Below are positions 58,981-64,000 of a stretch of 64,000 nucleotides of DNA, piece after piece. A model generated the notes under the pieces. The model made no database searches and was not told where the DNA came from. It worked only from the letters and a program-made list of their open reading frames with translations. The position numbers and the translations under genes are program-made. How positions within the stretch are numbered: position 1 is the first letter of the stretch; each line of letters opens with the position of its first letter. Origin of the DNA: Candidatus Heimdallarchaeota archaeon (GTDB lineage: Archaea; Asgardarchaeota; Heimdallarchaeia; JABLTI01); assembly GCA_019058275.1 (NCBI GenBank), contig JAHLVW010000066.1, forward strand, positions 96,001-160,000, given 5' to 3'.

Positions 58981-61900
58981 ATGATGAGTAAAAGGAACCA
59001 AATAGTATATTGTTTAATATTTGTTAGTTTCTTTTTATTTAGTACTGCTTCTTTTGATTTAAAAGTGTCTTCGGAATCTAATATAAAAATGATTGATCCT
59101 AATTCTGGTTTATTCATCTTTCCTGACATTCATAGCATAGCTGATGAAGAATTAGAGGTATATGCAAAATCGGAACATAACTACGGTTCTGTATTAGAAC
59201 CAAATTATGAGATGATTGGTTCTTATGGTTGGGAAGATAAGGAAGTAGTAGATGACTATGCACCTTTGAACGATTTAAAAATCGCAGTAGACGGCGATGA
59301 TAATATACATATCTTTTGGTCAGGAATTGTTAGTGGGAATTATTACTTGTTCCATCGAATGAAATACAATTCCACAGGATTATGGGGAGAAAAGGAAACC
59401 CTAGGTACTACTAATAGTGAAATTCGTGGACTGATGGATGCTGAAACTGATCCAGATGGAAAAATCCATTTAACTTGGGTGCAATATAATGGGTTGATAA
59501 GATACAAGATTTATGATTATGGAACTTGGATTGACAGAATTGATAACGGCTATGGTTCTAAACCAATTTTGGTGTTTAATGCTGAAGGTGATGCTAAATT
59601 ATTGTATTCCACAAATCCAACACCATATTCGATAGATTTCAAATATTCACAATTTGTTTCTGCAAGTCAAAGATGGATGACGGAAACAATACCTCCTATC
59701 TCTTATAGTTGGTCTTCTCAAGCAAAAAACTATGATATACATATAATTGAGAAGGATGGAAACGATCAAGTATTTTTCATGGTTAGCTCTATTATGCGTC
59801 ATGGTGGATATTATAGTTCATACTATACAGCAGAATATTTTATGCTCTGGAAAGAAAACAGTTCTACAGGATTTGTTGGGGAAGGGTTGTATAGATCAAT
59901 CAATTTGTCAAGCAATTTCTACAATATGCCCCGACCACAGATATTTAGTACACCAAATGGGAATTTGCATGTAATCTATATAGTTCCAAAAGATGGTACT
60001 AGTGCAAATATAGTCTACCAGAAGAGAAAAAGTACTGGATGGACTGAACCAAACGTAATTTCAAGGAATGCTTCCATTAACTGTTACCTATCTGGCTACG
60101 TTGATGATGTCGGAAGAATTATTCTACTCTGGAATCATGTAGATTATGATGGAACAACAGATGCAGCAGTATACACTAAAATTTACAATTCAGCAAAAAA
60201 CGAATGGACAAATGATGCTTTGGTAAATCCAGGGTATGCTTATAGTCAACTTCCAGCGATGGCATTGGATTCAGAAGGAAACATCCATGCAGCATGGATA
60301 AGACAAGATGGAACAGATAGAATTTTGTACTATCGTAAGGGTTGGACAGATTCTGATGATGATGGCTTGTTGAACATAGATGAACGAGAAATCTATGGCA
60401 CTGATCCCTATGATGACGACACCGACGATGATCAAATGCTAGATGGAGAAGAAATAGATAATGGATTTGATCCATTAAATCCGGATGAAGATAGTGACGG
60501 TATGGCAGACGGTTATGAATTTCACTATGGGTTGAATTGGACTACAGATGATGCTTATGATGATCTAGACAGCGACCTTCTACTAAATATCGAGGAATTT
60601 TGGAACAATACTTTACCAAATGATAATGACACAGACAATGATTTAGTTTCAGACTATGATGAAGTGGTAGTTTATCGAATAGATCCTCATAATACAGATA
60701 CAGATGATGACATGGTACCGGATGGCATAGAGGTACATGTTTTAGGTTCCAATGCAAACTCAACTGATACAGACAATGATACAATGAATGACTACTATGA
60801 ATGGTCTTATGGTTTGAAGATACTAGAAAATGATACTTTAGAAGATCCTGATAATGATTTACTGATTAATATTCTAGAGTATCAGCATGGCATAAACCCT
60901 AAGAAAGCAGATCATGATGATGATGGACTTTTAGATGGTCTGGAAGTGCTTGTTTGGTTTACAAATCCAATAGTTAAGGATACTGATATGGACAGCTTAA
61001 AGGATGGTAAGGAAGTCTATGGAATTTATGCTCCAACTAACCCTGGAGCAAATGCAACAGGTTATATTTTTACACATCCAAATAAATATGATACAGATGA
61101 TGATTTCTTGAATGATGGCACTGAATCAAGAAATGATCTTGATCCAAATGATAACGATACTGATGATGATTTGATGGTTGATGGTTATGAGTATAAATAC
61201 AGATTAAATTCAGAAAAGGGGTATATCCCTGGATTAGATCCTTTAGATCCCTCAGATCCGGATTATGATTATGATGGAGACACTTTGACAAATTATGAAG
61301 AATCATTGCTGTGGACAAATCCATTTAGTATAGATACAGATGGGGATAAATTCACTGATCCTGAAGAATTAATTTTGGGCACTAATCCAGCATTGGCAGA
61401 TACAGATGGGGATGGAATTACTGATTATAATGAACTAGTAATTTTCAAAACAAATGCTACCAATGTTGATACAGATTATGATGATTTGGATGATTATTCA
61501 GAAGTTCATATTTATGGTTCTGATCCGTTAGTCACAGATACCGATGGTGATGGTATTCTAGATGGAATAGAGGTTCACACTTATGGAACTCATCCAGCCC
61601 TTACTGATACTGATGGTGATTTAATCGATGATAATGTCGAATTAGTTTTCGGTTCAGATCCAACCAAAAAAGATACCGATTATGATGGAATGGATGATTA
61701 TTTCGAATGGCTATATAATCTTGACCCTAACTATGATGATTCTCACAAAGATGAAGATGGTGACGGGGTAGTTAATATTGAAGAATACATCCATAAAGCC
61801 AATCCTTTAGTGAATGATACAGACAAAGATGGTTTGACAGATTTTCAAGAAATATTCATCTACTACACATTACCCAATAAAGCAGATACAGACGCAGACG

Positions 61901-62361
61901 GTATTACTGATTACGAAGAAGTATACATCTATGAGACTTTTCCACATGATCCTGATACAGATGATGATCTAGTTTTGGATGGAGAAGAAATCGCTTTGGG
62001 AACTGATCCAAAAAATATCGACAGCGATGGTGATGGTGTTAGCGATGGTAAAGAGTTAAGTGATGGAACTGATCCTTTAGATGCTTCCGATAATAAGAAC
62101 TTAGTTCGATTAAGACTTATTTTAATTACTTTCGGTTCTTTTCTTGGAGCTATTCTTATCTATTATCTCAGTCCATTAGTTATCACTAAACTCTCTCAAG
62201 AGGAAGAAGTCAAATGGGTTCGACAAGGTATTCTCTGGCGTCAAAACAAGAGTAATAATCTTTTCAATAACAATAAGACTGAAGAAACCGATAGTACAGA
62301 TGCTAGTGAAGAAACGACCAAAAATGTTGATAATGATATATCGAATGAAAATGGCAGTTAA
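58981..62361 (+). CDS. Large cell-surface protein: signal peptide, beta-rich repeat domain, long TSP3-like Ca-binding stalk, C-terminal TM
   Basis: D..G.IH..W repeats in the N-terminal half, more than 20 D(T/S)D.D.L.D..E units, TM near the C-terminus. Confidence 0.85.
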   Translation: MMSKRNQIVYCLIFVSFFLFSTASFDLKVSSESNIKMIDPNSGLFIFPDIHSIADEELEVYAKSEHNYGSVLEPNYEMIGSYGWEDKEVVDDYAPLNDLKIAVDGDDNIHIFWSGIVSGNYYLFHRMKYNSTGLWGEKETLGTTNSEIRGLMDAETDPDGKIHLTWVQYNGLIRYKIYDYGTWIDRIDNGYGSKPILVFNAEGDAKLLYSTNPTPYSIDFKYSQFVSASQRWMTETIPPISYSWSSQAKNYDIHIIEKDGNDQVFFMVSSIMRHGGYYSSYYTAEYFMLWKENSSTGFVGEGLYRSINLSSNFYNMPRPQIFSTPNGNLHVIYIVPKDGTSANIVYQKRKSTGWTEPNVISRNASINCYLSGYVDDVGRIILLWNHVDYDGTTDAAVYTKIYNSAKNEWTNDALVNPGYAYSQLPAMALDSEGNIHAAWIRQDGTDRILYYRKGWTDSDDDGLLNIDEREIYGTDPYDDDTDDDQMLDGEEIDNGFDPLNPDEDSDGMADGYEFHYGLNWTTDDAYDDLDSDLLLNIEEFWNNTLPNDNDTDNDLVSDYDEVVVYRIDPHNTDTDDDMVPDGIEVHVLGSNANSTDTDNDTMNDYYEWSYGLKILENDTLEDPDNDLLINILEYQHGINPKKADHDDDGLLDGLEVLVWFTNPIVKDTDMDSLKDGKEVYGIYAPTNPGANATGYIFTHPNKYDTDDDFLNDGTESRNDLDPNDNDTDDDLMVDGYEYKYRLNSEKGYIPGLDPLDPSDPDYDYDGDTLTNYEESLLWTNPFSIDTDGDKFTDPEELILGTNPALADTDGDGITDYNELVIFKTNATNVDTDYDDLDDYSEVHIYGSDPLVTDTDGDGILDGIEVHTYGTHPALTDTDGDLIDDNVELVFGSDPTKKDTDYDGMDDYFEWLYNLDPNYDDSHKDEDGDGVVNIEEYIHKANPLVNDTDKDGLTDFQEIFIYYTLPNKADTDADGITDYEEVYIYETFPHDPDTDDDLVLDGEEIALGTDPKNIDSDGDGVSDGKELSDGTDPLDASDNKNLVRLRLILITFGSFLGAILIYYLSPLVITKLSQEEEVKWVRQGILWRQNKSNNLFNNNKTEETDSTDASEETTKNVDNDISNENGS
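60340..62100 (+). repeat. Degenerate coding repeats encoding TSP3-like Asp-rich motifs
   Basis: Recurrent GATAC(A/T/C)GAT-type units in frame within the CDS. Confidence 0.7.
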
Positions 62362-62401
62362 TAATTTGAATAAAAAAGAAAAGAGAAAAAGGCAAAACTT
62401 G

Positions 62402-64000
62402 CTATTTTTTGTTTGCCTTTTTTTGTTTAATTCTTTTTGACAGATTAATAATCGGTTTTATTGAAATCCCTATAATTATTGGTATTGATAGTAAACTAAG
62501 GTATTTCAATTGCTGTTCATAATAATCAGCAATTCCATTAGCGTTCTTATCACCATTGAATATTACTAAACCTTTGTCTGCACAAGCAGTAAAATAGAAA
62601 TCTTTGTATTTTGTACATCCACGATAACGATTATTTTGATTAGATACACCCGCGATAAGTGTAGGATTAGCTGGAAAAGTTATATTAAAAATCAGAAGTT
62701 TATATGCTGAAACAAAAAGTAGGTCGCCGTTTTTTCTAATGTCATATGCAAAGCCATCAAGGATTACTTTATTTTGAATAACAGGATTTGTTGTATTACT
62801 GATGTCACATGAAATGAGGAACTCTTCAGTTTTAATATATAGATTTTTTTCAGAAATAGTTATCTTCGAAATGTCATGACTCAGATATACTGTTGATATT
62901 GGTTTTGGATTTGCTAAATCTGAGATATTCACTAGCAAAAATCCTTTAGTTGAATAATGATGAACCAAGTACATTGTATTATCGCAAACTGCAAAATCAA
63001 TAATAGACTCATTACTAAAACTGAATTCATTGATTATCCTAGGTGCTTTGGGATCTGTTGCATTAATAGCAATTATTCCGTTAGTGTTATTTGCTACAAG
63101 TACATTACTTTTGACTACTATTACTTTCTTTATAATTCCAATGTTACTAAGTTGTCCGATTTTTACTGGAAAAGCTGGATTTGAAATATTATAATCCTCT
63201 AAACCATCAATACCATCCACGACGAATGCTAGAGTACCATTTAAACATAAATCATTAGCAAAACCTCCATCACTTAAACTCCTTATTTCACTTGGTTTTG
63301 TTGGTTTTTTTAGATCTAATACCTCAAATCCCTTAGAGCCACTAGCTAAGTAAAGGAAATCATTGTTAATTTCTAAATCATAACATAACGCAGAGAAGCT
63401 GAATTGCCAATCAGTGCAATATTTGTTGGATCTTTAATATTGTATATTTGAAAACCTACCTTTCTGCTTGCTACTAATAAATAATTGTCTTTAAAGCAAA
63501 AATCTCTAATAATCAAATCTTGGTCAAACGTATATTGATTTTGGATTTCAAATTCATCATTAAAATCTAAAATCAAAAGATCAAGCTTATCACCACCAGT
63601 TATAAAAACAAAATTGTCTTGAACATTGATATTAAATGAAAGTGTGGAATTATAGCTATTTATGAGGGAAATACTAGTTGGATTAGTTGCATTAAGGATA
63701 TTCATAGAAAATATATGTGTAGTATAAACAATTTTATCTTTCACTATGATATCAAAGATATATCCAATTGATGGTGTACTACTGATTAGTGTTAGTTTAT
63801 GAGGTTGACTGACATCGAATATTAGAAAATCGCCATCAAGATCAAAGTAGAGTAAATTATCTTCTATGCACCCTTTGCAAAACCTTTTGTCACCTTCAAC
63901 TGTATAACTATCAACAATGTTGAGGTTATTAGGATTTGAAATGTCGACAATATGAAATGAATTTTGCCAATTTGGTATGTAAACTACTGAATCTTTGTGA
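62402..64000 (-). pseudogene. LVIVD-repeat beta-propeller surface protein with C-terminal TM, frameshift near 63390 (5' end outside window)
   Basis: Repeats such as FLLVNISDLANP, FQIYNIKDPTN, FHIVDISNPNN; both ORF-track pieces extend upstream without stops and are joined by one frame change. Confidence 0.75.

Noticed and set aside
60340-62100. CRISPR-like or DGR repeat array
   Set aside because: The repeats are degenerate, in frame and encode Asp-rich protein motifs; no cas or reverse transcriptase genes are present.

Overview
AT-rich (roughly 30% GC by eye) archaeal chromosomal window. It carries PolD small subunit, archease, DGGGP synthase, archaeal SecY, uL11, archaeal D-aminoacyl-tRNA deacylase and a BHB-intron tRNA. 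The gene style (GTPBP1-like GTPase, TSP3-like Ca-binding surface proteins, expanded ATC-hydrolase/V4R-like family, stand-alone secY and rpl11) suggests an Asgard archaeon, probably Heimdallarchaeia-like (inference). Core genes are intact: pterin biosynthesis, glycine cleavage H/P1/P2, ADP-forming acyl-CoA synthetase, argF, trxB, three tRNAs. Several accessory genes carry stops or frameshifts. No mobile element or CRISPR array was seen. Most notable signals: (1) the 3' ~1 kb of the secY coding sequence shifts to GC/CpG-rich synonymous codons that form a near-continuous series of nested hairpins, i.e. a large RNA structure inside an intact CDS; (2) an unassigned ~155-nt multi-branch ncRNA with its own TATA box, two operator palindromes and a U-tract; (3) a second unassigned structured RNA upstream of archease; (4) an 8-copy array of Cys-motif ATC-hydrolase/V4R-like domains in three subtypes (A | C-A-B-C-A-B-B) around a divergent wHTH regulator with phased TGTC-N7-GACA operators. 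All structures were folded by eye and need computational confirmation.
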